Shown: piece after piece, positions 17,542-26,529 of the stretch
Layout of the letters: the number at the start of each line of letters is the position of its first letter
How positions within the stretch are numbered: position 1 is the stretch's first letter
Notes under the pieces: generated by a model
The model's database searches: none
What the model was told of the DNA's origin: nothing
The model's input: the letters and a program-made list of their open reading frames with translations, nothing else
Origin: Psychrobacter sp.
GTDB taxonomy: Bacteria; Pseudomonadota; Gammaproteobacteria; Pseudomonadales; Moraxellaceae
NCBI GenBank assembly: GCA_018260445.1
Contig: JAGLBE010000010.1
Coordinates: 40,607-104,606 of the forward strand
DNA length: 64,000 nt
Reading direction: 5' to 3'
Translations under genes and position numbers: made by a program

Positions 17542-17682
17542 TTAAATCTTTTTCTCAACTTTATGGGCAGTATCCGTCACAGCATCACCGGCTTTAGAGA
17601 CATCTTTACCAAGGCCTTGAAATGTATTACAGCCCGATAGTAAAACAAGAGCGGTTAAAGACGCAATAGTGATTTTTTTCAT
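17542..17682 (-). CDS. Entericidin A/B family small lipoprotein (46 aa)
   Basis: Own translation: MKKITIASLTALVLLSGCNTFQGLGKDVSKAGDAVTDTAHKVEKKI. It has a lipobox LLSGC, the NTxxGxGKD motif typical of EcnA/B, a GAGGA RBS and a terminator. It falls below the ORF-track size cutoff. Confidence 0.75.
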   Translation of the reverse strand: MKKITIASLTALVLLSGCNTFQGLGKDVSKAGDAVTDTAHKVEKKI

Positions 17683-17937
17683 GGTAAATCCTCAAGTTAA
17701 GTTAAATAAGCGTTAAATTTTTCAAAACAAAGTACATGAAATCGAAAGTTTGGATTATAGCGTTACCAAAGTAGTCTACAATCATCTGACTTAGATTTCA
17801 GAAATTTAATCCCCTAGTGGGTAATGCAAATCATAATCCAGATACGGGCTTAAGTGCAATAGGGAAGTGTGTATAATACTATGCAAAATGTAAGTAACTG
17901 TAATATAACTTTAATTTTGTAAATTCAGGTAATAAAA

Positions 17938-18489
17938 ATGACCATTCACGTTGTCCTTGTACATCCTAGAATACCCAATAATACAGGCAGTATTATCCGT
18001 TTATGTGCCAATACCGGCGCCCAATTGCACTTGGTTGCGCCATTGGGTTTTGATTTGGACGACAGCAAATTACGCCGAGCGGGGCTTGATTATCATGAGT
18101 ATGCCGATATGCAGGTACATCAAGACTGGGCGGCTACCAAATCCGCATTAGCAGTAGTCGGATGCAAACGCATGGTGGCACTAACCACCAAATTAAGCCA
18201 CTCATTTTATGACTATGATTTCACAAATAGCACTCATAGCAAAATGAAGAGCGATGACGAAATCGCCTTAGTATTTGGTTCTGAGACGGCAGGATTGGCC
18301 GATCATATACGCGCGGATATTGGCGCTAATCATTGGCTACGGCTGCCGATGCTACCGGACTCGCGCAGTTTAAATTTGGCAAATAGTGTGTCTATTTGTC
18401 TGTATGAGGTATGGCGACAACGTGGGTTTAAAGGCGATTTGGGGCGCAGCACCGGCTATGAGGAGTTAACGCCTTATGACCCCAAATGA
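17938..18489 (+). CDS. trmL: tRNA (cytidine/uridine-2'-O-)-methyltransferase TrmL (SpoU family)
   Basis: IVLVHPRIPNNTGSIIRLCANTGAQLHLVAPLGF and LVFGSETAGL ... LNLANSVSI are SPOUT knot motifs. Confidence 0.88.
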   Translation: MTIHVVLVHPRIPNNTGSIIRLCANTGAQLHLVAPLGFDLDDSKLRRAGLDYHEYADMQVHQDWAATKSALAVVGCKRMVALTTKLSHSFYDYDFTNSTHSKMKSDDEIALVFGSETAGLADHIRADIGANHWLRLPMLPDSRSLNLANSVSICLYEVWRQRGFKGDLGRSTGYEELTPYDPK

Positions 18490-18522
18490 GCCGCAAGCTG
18501 TGTCATAACGTCACCCACTGGT

Positions 18523-18897
18523 CTACAAACAATTTGGCGGTTTGGGTAATCCTGCAATCCGATTGACATGACGGGCGACCAAACCGGTGTTAAACAGTTG
18601 CTGCAGTTTTTGATTGCTAATATCTTTATCGGGCAGGGTTTTTATCAAATACTTAATCAGCGGCCGAGTAGAGGGAGGATGATTAAACTCGCTATAAAAC
18701 TGGCGTACTTGGTCTAGTATCTCAAAATGGGCAGCGGATAACGTTACCCCAAGCGTGTCTGCTAACTGTTGGGCAACTGCGGGCGTCCATATGCGATGGT
18801 CGAGCAAATGTCCCTCAGCATCTAAAGCTAAGGTGGCTATGGTGCCTATGGTGAGCGTGGGGTTTATTTTTTTAGTCATTGTTTCAGCTTGCATCAT
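18523..18897 (-). CDS. tusE: TusE/DsrC family sulfur relay protein
   Basis: 124 aa with C-terminus GLPKPPNCL (conserved Cys) and FYSEFNHPPSTR. Confidence 0.8.
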   Translation of the reverse strand: MMQAETMTKKINPTLTIGTIATLALDAEGHLLDHRIWTPAVAQQLADTLGVTLSAAHFEILDQVRQFYSEFNHPPSTRPLIKYLIKTLPDKDISNQKLQQLFNTGLVARHVNRIAGLPKPPNCL

Positions 18898-18944
18898 ATT
18901 GTTAACGGTACCAACTTATTTAAAGCGTTAGAGGGTCGTAAACT

Positions 18945-19307
18945 TTATGTTGTCGAGGCTAAAGTGACCACTCGTGTCATCTTTTGGGTAAGCTCTACCC
19001 AGTCTGTATCGCTCAATAGCTTAACAGCAAATGGTTTTACGGCCGTAAAATCCAAATTTAACGTCGCGCTGTCATTCAAAGCATTGATATCATCCGTTAA
19101 AAGATAGACGGTATGAATCGATACGATACGATTATCCACTTCGTCGTCTGCATTGATGTCATCTACATAGGCGGCAAACCAGTCGAGATAGGCCACTGTT
19201 TCACCCAGCAATAACACGCTATCGCCAGCGTGCCATAACCCTGCCATATCTTTTGTTATGGCTTTTAGGGTGCTCATGTTGGCGTGTAATTGAAATAAGG
19301 TTGACAT
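18945..19307 (-). CDS. tusB: TusB/DsrH family sulfur relay protein
   Basis: It has GDSVLLLGETV and VYLLTDDINA blocks, as in E. coli TusB. The start was placed at the internal ATG 19307; the ORF-track start 19385 would overlap tusC by 23 nt. The start remains uncertain. Confidence 0.6.
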   Translation of the reverse strand: MSTLFQLHANMSTLKAITKDMAGLWHAGDSVLLLGETVAYLDWFAAYVDDINADDEVDNRIVSIHTVYLLTDDINALNDSATLNLDFTAVKPFAVKLLSDTDWVELTQKMTRVVTLASTT

Positions 19308-19362
19308 AAAGCTCTCAAACAGTAGGGTAGTTAGACCGGCGTATCCAGTTATAAAAAACAGC

Positions 19363-19686
19363 TCAAAAGGTAAATACTTGGGCAAACTGCTGCGAGCTGA
19401 CCTCCTCTGGAATGAAGTCTAGCTGTGCGGCCAAGGCAACCGGCACCATACCTGTCAGCCAACTGCTAAACACATCCTCTGGCAACCAAGCCTTTGGCAT
19501 ATCATATAAGTCTAATGACTTTATCATGCCGTGCAAGCGGCTATCGGCTTGCATCAACACGCCAAAAACAGGACTACCGAGCAGCAATTGTACCGAGTGC
19601 CCAAAGGTAGCCAGCGTTAACGCTAAGGCACAACCCTCATAGGTTGCTGTTTCGGTTGGGGTGGTTAAACGGATGAGTATCGACAC
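19363..19686 (-). CDS. tusC: TusC/DsrF family sulfur relay protein
   Basis: 107 aa with a GTG start. The N-terminus resembles TusC, and the C-terminal ...VFTF parallels E. coli ...ILRF. Confidence 0.7.
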   Translation of the reverse strand: MSILIRLTTPTETATYEGCALALTLATFGHSVQLLLGSPVFGVLMQADSRLHGMIKSLDLYDMPKAWLPEDVFSSWLTGMVPVALAAQLDFIPEEVSSQQFAQVFTF

Positions 19687-19737
19687 AAGATGACCTCTAA
19701 TCTAAATTTTACGGCTACAACGGTTAAACGATTCGCT

Positions 19738-19820
19738 GTAGGCTGGTGTTTTTAGCCCAGCGCATGATGATAGTTTTGATGATAGTTTATGGGCAACACT
19801 GGGCTAAAGCCACAGCCTAC
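19738..19820. repeat. GTAG-initiated inverted-repeat (REPIN-like) element between tusD and tusC
   Basis: Left arm gtaggctggtgtttttagcccag and right arm ctgggctaaagccacagcctac are separated by a spacer containing gatgatagttt x2. Confidence 0.7.
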
Positions 19821-19847
19821 GCCAAGAGTGAGAGTAAGGTTTAATGG

Positions 19848-20405
19848 CTAGAATTGTATCACTTTTTTAGCCAGTTTTAACGGGGTTGCTAGCTCGCCCA
19901 AACCAACCAGCGCAAAATGAGCCGCTAAATTTGCGCCACTTAAGTGATGGCGTTGGGCGTTGTCGCTATCGGTAATGCCTCGAGTTATCGCTGTACTGAC
20001 ACATACTGGCAATGGCAGTGCATACTCATGGCTTAATTGCTGCCACAGTTCGGTTAGATGGGCTCTATCCGCCACTTGCCAGCGCAGTTGATTGGCCGTG
20101 TGCGCCGCATCGCCATAGAAAAAAACCGCCACTGCCATTGCATTGGTATCTTCAGTATCAGTATTTTTAGTATCAGTATTTTTAGTATCAGTATTTTTAG
20201 TATCAGTGTTTTTAGCAACAGTGTTTTTAGCAACAGTGTTTTTAGTATCAGTGTCTTTAGCAACAGTGTCTTTGGCAACCGTATGTTTAGCAGGGTGGCT
20301 GTGGTTAGCAGCCAGCAGCGCCTTAACATAACGATATGCATGTAACGCCAATGGGTGATTGGGGTCTGCTGTTATTAAGACTAGGGTAGAGGGATTGCAA
20401 GTCAT
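19848..20405 (-). CDS. tusD: TusD/DsrE family sulfurtransferase with a roughly 50-aa repeat insertion
   Basis: The N-terminal block LVLITADPNHP..A and the C-terminal blocks FFYGDAAHTANQL, CVSTAITRG and VIQF match TusD. A 15-nt x9 in-frame repeat (DTKNT/VAKNT) lies between them. Confidence 0.8.
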   Translation of the reverse strand: MTCNPSTLVLITADPNHPLALHAYRYVKALLAANHSHPAKHTVAKDTVAKDTDTKNTVAKNTVAKNTDTKNTDTKNTDTKNTDTEDTNAMAVAVFFYGDAAHTANQLRWQVADRAHLTELWQQLSHEYALPLPVCVSTAITRGITDSDNAQRHHLSGANLAAHFALVGLGELATPLKLAKKVIQF

Positions 20406-20500
20406 AGGTTGGCCATAGTAGTGGGCTAAATGATGAGCAGTAGGTCAATTATACGCAAATACTCAGTCGGTATTCTATTAGCATTGTAGTTCTGCTTTAA

Positions 20501-20603
20501 CATTGTCATTTAAACAAACATTGTCATTTAAACACATTGTCATTTAAATATTGTCATTTAAATATTGTCATTTAAATATTGTCATTTAAATATTGTCATA
20601 AAA
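20501..20603. repeat. Tandem repeat, 14-18 bp x7 (attgtcatttaaat), each unit holding the palindrome ATTTAAAT
   Basis: Read directly in the divergent tusD / glycosyltransferase intergenic region. Confidence 0.95.
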
Positions 20604-20686
20604 TTGATATTAAAGTGACATCTGCCTGTCAAATAACGTTGTTATAGTGAGACTATGAAAAATGATATCAAATTGGTGCTTTAGCG

Positions 20687-22201
20687 ATGACAACAACCTT
20701 GACCCAAGTGACCCCATTCTGCTACAACAAACGCACGCCAACCATGCAACTAACAGAACTAACAGAACTAACAGAAGGTGCGCTGCGGGAGGAAGGTTTG
20801 GCTAGTTTTAAAAGCAATAGCTTATCTGGCAGTGCACTTGCAGATACTAACACAATGAACACGAAGATGACTGCTTCTGCACCTGTTAAGCCAAAACTAC
20901 ATATTTTACTGGTGACGGAAACCTGGTTGCCCGAAGTCAATGGGGTAGCAATGAGCTTGCACCAGCTGATGCGCCAACTGGTATTGTTAGGGCATCAGGT
21001 GAGTCTTCTAAGCCCAAAGCCAACAAAAACCACGCAAAAAAACACCGAGACCAATGCTCAGTATGCTGCAACTCATGACAGTGGCGATGATGACAGCGTG
21101 AATAACCACAATAGTCAAAGTAGTCAAAGTAGTCATAGTAGTCATGGCAAACATAAACATAGCAAGCATAAGTATGACACGAGCATCGCCGCCAATGCCA
21201 TATTAACCCATAAAATTGAGGTGCAAGGCTGGGCAATTCCGCGTTATGCTGATTTACAGTTTGGCTTGCCCGATTATCCACGCATCAAACATACTTTAGA
21301 GCAGATTCATCCTGATATCGTGCATATCGCCACCGAAGGCCCTTTAGGATTAGCGGCTTTGATAGCGGCTAAACGCCAACATATTCCGGCCACAACAGGC
21401 TATCACACCCAATTTCACGATTTCAGCCGTCATTTTGGCCTAGGCATTATCGCTCGCCCCATGATGGCGTATTTTAAATGGTTTCACAATGCCTCCAAAG
21501 CAACTTGTGTCCCAAGCTTGAAAACACAAAATGATTTGCAGGCGCTCGGGTTTAAGCGTTTGGTTGAAGTTGGGCGTGGGGTGGATTTAGAGACATTTAG
21601 CCCAAGCCACCGTAGCGACGCCTTACGCCAACAATGGGGTGCGCAAGAGCAGTATACGGTCTTAACCATGGTGAGCCGTCTGTCTCCTGAAAAAAGTGTC
21701 GATTTGGTGATTGAGGCTTTCAAAGCACTACAAAGTGCACAGCTGCATCGCGCCATCAAATTGGTCATTGTGGGCGATGGGCCAGACCGCAGCCGTCTTG
21801 AAGCTCTAGCGGCAGACAGTGGCGATGATATTATATTTACCGGCGCCAAAACAGGCGTTGAGCTTGCCGAGCACTATGCCAGTGGCGATGCGTTTATCTT
21901 TGCCAGCCAAGTCGAAACCTTTGGTAACGTGGTCACAGAGGCTATGGCAAGTGGCTTGCCGGTATATGCCTTTGACGATGCCGCCGCTGGCATGTTGGTC
22001 ACTCAAGATAGCGGGCGTTTGGCACCTATGGGTAGCAAGCATGATTTTATTAATATGGTAGCCGATTTACCCAAAATGCAGGTTCTCAAAGAGCAAGGCG
22101 TACAAGCTCGGCAACAAGTGGGCGGATTTTCTTGGCAACGTCCTGCAAAACAAATGTTGGCTATGTTTCAAAAAGTAATTGCTGCCGTTACTATTGTGTA
22201 A
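20687..22201 (+). CDS. Glycosyltransferase family 4 (group 1) with low-complexity N-terminal and internal insertions
   Basis: It has ILLVTETWLPEVNGVAMSL (GT4 N-domain) and a C-terminal E(x7)E-like region SQVETFGNVVTEAMASGLPV. Repeat-encoded LTELTELTE and SQSSQSSHSSHGKHKHSKHK segments are present. The true start is uncertain. Confidence 0.8.
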   Translation: MTTTLTQVTPFCYNKRTPTMQLTELTELTEGALREEGLASFKSNSLSGSALADTNTMNTKMTASAPVKPKLHILLVTETWLPEVNGVAMSLHQLMRQLVLLGHQVSLLSPKPTKTTQKNTETNAQYAATHDSGDDDSVNNHNSQSSQSSHSSHGKHKHSKHKYDTSIAANAILTHKIEVQGWAIPRYADLQFGLPDYPRIKHTLEQIHPDIVHIATEGPLGLAALIAAKRQHIPATTGYHTQFHDFSRHFGLGIIARPMMAYFKWFHNASKATCVPSLKTQNDLQALGFKRLVEVGRGVDLETFSPSHRSDALRQQWGAQEQYTVLTMVSRLSPEKSVDLVIEAFKALQSAQLHRAIKLVIVGDGPDRSRLEALAADSGDDIIFTGAKTGVELAEHYASGDAFIFASQVETFGNVVTEAMASGLPVYAFDDAAAGMLVTQDSGRLAPMGSKHDFINMVADLPKMQVLKEQGVQARQQVGGFSWQRPAKQMLAMFQKVIAAVTIV

Positions 22202-22465
22202 GCTATTTTAACTATTTAAGCCATTTTAAGCCATTATTTGAGCGATGAAAGCCAGTCATTGTCATGGTTTGAATTTGAATTTCAACAACACTCAAAAACT
22301 TTTAATAACAGTCAATAACAGTCATTAATTTTTAAACATAACGTTAAGCCAAAAGTTAAAACAAGCGTTAAGCCAGTAAGCTGTATGCATTAACCGCTGC
22401 AATCGTTCTATCGTTCAATGTATTCAGGTCACCCACGTGGTTAATTAACGAATAAGGGGTAAGTT

Positions 22466-23215
22466 TTGAAACATTCACGACCACAGTCCAAAGCCCGGTG
22501 TGAGTCCTCCGCCCAGTCTACTTCTTTATTAAAGTCAAAATCAAAGTCTAATGCCATGTCAAAGTCAATATCACCCATGAGGTCAAGCGCTATAACAGCA
22601 GATACTATTGCACCCAGTCCTATTTTTACCTTGTGCAACCGTTATCCAGCGGTGGCGGTGTATACCAATCAAGTCTTAAGTTGGGATACCAACCTGTGTA
22701 TTTCTATCAATCGCTTTTCAACTAACCAAGTCACAGCCAGCTTTTTTAAAATGGTCAGTCGCTTAGGCGATGGCTGGTTTTGGTATGTGATGTTGCTATT
22801 ACCAGTGTTGCTATACGGTATGCCCGCTTTAATACCCACGCTATCAACCATCATTGTCAGCCTAACGGGACTTGCCATTTATAAGCTACTTAAAGTTAAA
22901 ACCGTGCGCCCAAGGCCGTATCAGGTGCATCAAGTTATCGTTTTAGGCGAGCGGCCGCTCGATGTGTTTAGTTTCCCCTCAGGTCATACCCTGCAAGCGG
23001 TATTGTTTACCGCCACTATCGGTAGCCATTTTCCAATCTTATTGCCCATTATGATACCTTTTGCCCTATTGGTTGCCTTATCGCGAATGGTACTTGGCTT
23101 GCACTATCCGACCGATGTGCTGATTGGGGCGAGTATCGGCTATCTTTTGTCGTTATGGGCGCCAAGCTTAAACGCCTATATGCAGCAAAGCTATACAATG
23201 GCTATGGTCGGTTAG
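22466..23215 (+). CDS. PAP2 superfamily phosphatase (membrane)
   Basis: It has the three PAP2 motifs KxxxxxxRP (KVKTVRPRP), PSGH (FPSGHT) and SRxxxxxHxxxD (SRMVLGLHYPTD). The start is uncertain (TTG at 22466, with a hydrophilic S/K-rich leader). Confidence 0.8.
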   Translation: MKHSRPQSKARCESSAQSTSLLKSKSKSNAMSKSISPMRSSAITADTIAPSPIFTLCNRYPAVAVYTNQVLSWDTNLCISINRFSTNQVTASFFKMVSRLGDGWFWYVMLLLPVLLYGMPALIPTLSTIIVSLTGLAIYKLLKVKTVRPRPYQVHQVIVLGERPLDVFSFPSGHTLQAVLFTATIGSHFPILLPIMIPFALLVALSRMVLGLHYPTDVLIGASIGYLLSLWAPSLNAYMQQSYTMAMVG

Positions 23216-23390
23216 TAAGTCTTAAATTCAATTGCATGCAATTCAATTGCATTCAACAAATAAACAGCTTTGAAAGCTTTAACCCTATCAAAGTCATTTA
23301 AAATTTAATACAGCGAGTCACCTTTGCAGTCCACATTTTGTGATAGGCTACTAGCACTTTCTAACCCCTATTTAGGAGTTGTGCTACGCC

Positions 23391-26255
23391 ATGTCATATC
23401 CTGCATCCTTTTCAAACAACCTTCCCTTATCCACCTATCCTAGCAGCGATGCGATACAACGCTTAGCCCTAGCCAGTCAATTTGCCACACAAATTTGGCA
23501 CCATAAAACCAATATTTGTCAAAACTTTTTAAAAAGTTACCCGCTTTCCATCACCCTTAGCCGTCAACAACTTAACGATTTGATTAATGACTATACGTTG
23601 ATTGACGATTTAAACGGTTTGTTAAAGCGCGCCGATGAGGCAGGGGTTATGCGTGGCCTACGCCAACTGCGTGAGCTATTAATGATGCGCTGGATTTGGC
23701 AGGATGCTTTAAATCTGATTTCGCTTGAACAACTTACTGCCGAATTGTCCGATTTTGCCGATTGCTGCCTTATCTTTGCCAAAGAGTATGTGTGGTCGAC
23801 GCTGGTCAAACAGTATGGTAACCCTATCATCAGCAACATCGATAAGTATGGCCAGCGTCAGCAAGATGATATGGCGATTTTTGCGATGGGTAAACTTGGG
23901 GCTCAAGAGCTTAATCTATCGAGTGATATCGACTTAATTTTTGTGCATAAAGGCCGTGGCGATACCGATGGCAATAAACAGAGCGGCACAAAATCAATCG
24001 ATAACAAGCGCTTTATGGCACGCTTAGGGCAGGGCATTATCAAACTTCTGGATACCAATACAGCTGAGGGCTTTGTGTTTCGGGTGGATATGCGTCTGCG
24101 GCCTTGGGGCGAGGGCAGCGATTTGGCCATTCATTTATCAGCGCTGCAAAAATACTTTGAGACCAATGGCCGAGATTGGGAGCGTTTCGCTTGGCTTAAG
24201 GCAAGGGTCATCAACAACATTGATGCCGCGTTTGATGAACAATTGCACGATATTATCAAGCCGTTTGTGTTTCGCTATTATGTCGATTACAGCACCTTTG
24301 CGGCGCTGCGTGAGATGAAGTCGCTCATTCAAAACCAAGTGGCCCAGCGTGAGGATTTGGACAACGTTAAACTGGGTGCAGGCGGCATCCGTGATATTGA
24401 ATTTGTGGTGCAAGCTTATCAGCTTATTTATGGCGGTCGCCATAGCCAACTTGAAGTGAAGTCAAGCTTGCAGGCGATGCAAGCCTTGAGCGATTTTGAT
24501 TTTTTGGATGATACCACGTATCAAAATTTAGTCGCCGCCTACCGTTTTTTGCGCCGTGTCGAGCATGGTATTCAAGCCATTAATGACCAACAAACCCAGC
24601 AATTGCCCAAAGACCCGACATGGCAGCACAATTTAGCCCTAACTCTAGGGTTTGCCGATTGGGCGTCCTTTTCCGAGCGTTTAAATCAACATCGCCAAAA
24701 TGTGCGCGTGCCCTTTGATAGAATGGTGACGGAGCGCACCACGCCGACATGTACCGAAGCTCTCTCCATCGATGTTTCGGGTACTCGTTTGGAAAGTATT
24801 TTAAGCGAGGAAAATCGCCAAAAGCTTGAGCATTTCTGGCAAAGTCACTTGGTACAGGGGTTATCGGTTGAAGCACGAGCCCGCCTGGACGCCGCCTATC
24901 CGGTGCTTACCCATGCGTTACTTGTGCACGAACGTCAGCAAGGATTGGCGAATGTCGCTCTACCACGCTTACTAAGCCTGCTTGAGGCGATTTGTCGTCG
25001 CTCTATTTATTTGGTGATGCTGGCTGAAAACCCTGATGCTACGGTGCATCTCATTCCTATGTTGTCAGCTAGCCCTTGGATAGCCGGCGAGCTGGCCCGT
25101 TATCCCGTCCTCCTTGACTCTTTTTTGCAACAGCGTTATCGCCATCTGCCGGACAAAAAAGAGCTGGCCGATATTTTACGTCAACGTCTGCTACGGGTAG
25201 AGCCGGGTGATGAAGAGGCCTTATTAAACGTGCTGCGCTTATTTAAAAACAACCAAGTTTTGGCAGTGGCGGCCAGTGATGTGTTGGCAGAGCGCCCCAT
25301 CATGCAAGTGTCCGATTCGCTCACCTATATCGCTGAGGTGGTATTAACAGCGTCGCTTGAGCGTGCGTTTGCCGAGCTGATTAAACGCCACGGCTATCCC
25401 ATTAACCAATCGGGCGACTCGGTCAACGAGGCGCAAAGCGGTTTTGCCGTTATTGGCTATGGCAAGCTTGGCGGTATGGAGATGTCGTATACGTCAGATT
25501 TGGACTTGGTATTTATTCATCAAATTGATGAGCATGCCATGACCACAGGGGCTAAACCGGTAAGCGGGATGAAATTTGCCGCAAGATTGGCGCAAAAACT
25601 AATGACGTATCTTAATACCCAAACCCGTGATGGGCGTGCCTACGAAATCGATATGCGCCTGCGTCCCTCCGGCAATGCGGGGATGATGGTGGTGTCTAGC
25701 CGCTCGTTTGAGCGGTATCAGCTCGATAAAGCGTGGGTGTGGGAGCACCAAGCGTTGGTGCGAGCACGTGCCATTTGTGGCGATAGCCAAGTGATGCAAA
25801 CCTTTAACCATGTGCGCGAACAGGTACTAACCCGGGAGCGTGATAAAGACGAGCTGAAAAAAAATGTGCTTGAGATGCGCGGCAAAATGAGAGACCATTT
25901 AGGCAGTGACAAGTACGAGCAGCAGCAAGGCAAGTTTCATCTCAAACAAGATGCAGGCGGCATCGTGGATATTGAATTTATGGCGCAGTACGGTGTCTTG
26001 GCGTATGCCCATAGCCATCCTAGTTTGATTCAGTGGAGTGACAATGCAAGAATTTTCGCCTGTCTGGCACAAGCAGGGGTGTGGGATCAAGACACCGCTG
26101 ACGGCTTAACGCAAGCTTATCTATTGATACGAGCTGCCACCCATCAATTGGCCCTAGCCAACGAAAACCTATCCGTCGATGAGGCCATTTGGCACGACAC
26201 CCGGCAATACGTTATCGATAAATGGCAGGCGATTTTGCAGCAACATGACGAATGA
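23391..26255 (+). CDS. glnE: Bifunctional glutamine synthetase adenylyltransferase / adenylyl-removing enzyme
   Basis: About 954 aa with two nucleotidyltransferase domains (GKLGAQELNLSSDIDLIF and GKLGGMEMSYTSDLDLVF). The ATG at 23391 is preceded by AGGAG; the ORF-track start is a TTG at 23379. Confidence 0.92.
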   Translation: MSYPASFSNNLPLSTYPSSDAIQRLALASQFATQIWHHKTNICQNFLKSYPLSITLSRQQLNDLINDYTLIDDLNGLLKRADEAGVMRGLRQLRELLMMRWIWQDALNLISLEQLTAELSDFADCCLIFAKEYVWSTLVKQYGNPIISNIDKYGQRQQDDMAIFAMGKLGAQELNLSSDIDLIFVHKGRGDTDGNKQSGTKSIDNKRFMARLGQGIIKLLDTNTAEGFVFRVDMRLRPWGEGSDLAIHLSALQKYFETNGRDWERFAWLKARVINNIDAAFDEQLHDIIKPFVFRYYVDYSTFAALREMKSLIQNQVAQREDLDNVKLGAGGIRDIEFVVQAYQLIYGGRHSQLEVKSSLQAMQALSDFDFLDDTTYQNLVAAYRFLRRVEHGIQAINDQQTQQLPKDPTWQHNLALTLGFADWASFSERLNQHRQNVRVPFDRMVTERTTPTCTEALSIDVSGTRLESILSEENRQKLEHFWQSHLVQGLSVEARARLDAAYPVLTHALLVHERQQGLANVALPRLLSLLEAICRRSIYLVMLAENPDATVHLIPMLSASPWIAGELARYPVLLDSFLQQRYRHLPDKKELADILRQRLLRVEPGDEEALLNVLRLFKNNQVLAVAASDVLAERPIMQVSDSLTYIAEVVLTASLERAFAELIKRHGYPINQSGDSVNEAQSGFAVIGYGKLGGMEMSYTSDLDLVFIHQIDEHAMTTGAKPVSGMKFAARLAQKLMTYLNTQTRDGRAYEIDMRLRPSGNAGMMVVSSRSFERYQLDKAWVWEHQALVRARAICGDSQVMQTFNHVREQVLTRERDKDELKKNVLEMRGKMRDHLGSDKYEQQQGKFHLKQDAGGIVDIEFMAQYGVLAYAHSHPSLIQWSDNARIFACLAQAGVWDQDTADGLTQAYLLIRAATHQLALANENLSVDEAIWHDTRQYVIDKWQAILQQHDE

Positions 26256-26320
26256 ATGACCTTGTTTTAGCCTTGGGCATGACTTAATTTACCAGCCGTG
26301 CTATTGACGTTAGTAAGGTG

Positions 26321-26414
26321 AGCTTAGCGATGTGTGCTTAGCTTAGCTTAGCAATGTTAGCTTAGCAATGTTAGCTTAGCGATGTTAGCTTGGCGATGTG
26401 TGCTTAGCAAGGTT
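26321..26414. repeat. Tandem repeat, about 13-14 bp x6 (gcttagcratgtta)
   Basis: Read directly between glnE and ilvE. Confidence 0.9.
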
Positions 26415-26529
26415 ATCAACAAACGCTAATGGATAATTTTTGCAGCAGTGCTATAATTGATAACTTTTTTGTGATACCCGCATATTTTACACTTTATTAT
26501 TTCAATCTTAATCTAAATGGAACTCATGC

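Noticed and set aside
20054-20345. Three extra ORFs (two plus-strand, one minus-strand alternate frame) across the tusD repeat
   Set aside because: A 15-nt tandem repeat lacking stop codons is open in all frames. Only the frame continuous with the TusD N- and C-terminal blocks is meaningful.
20501-20603. Tandem-repeat arrays (this one and those at 26321, 16618, 53761 and elsewhere) as possible CRISPR arrays
   Set aside because: The units are contiguous or nearly so, with no unique spacers of 25-40 bp. They are only 7-18 bp long, and no cas genes are present.
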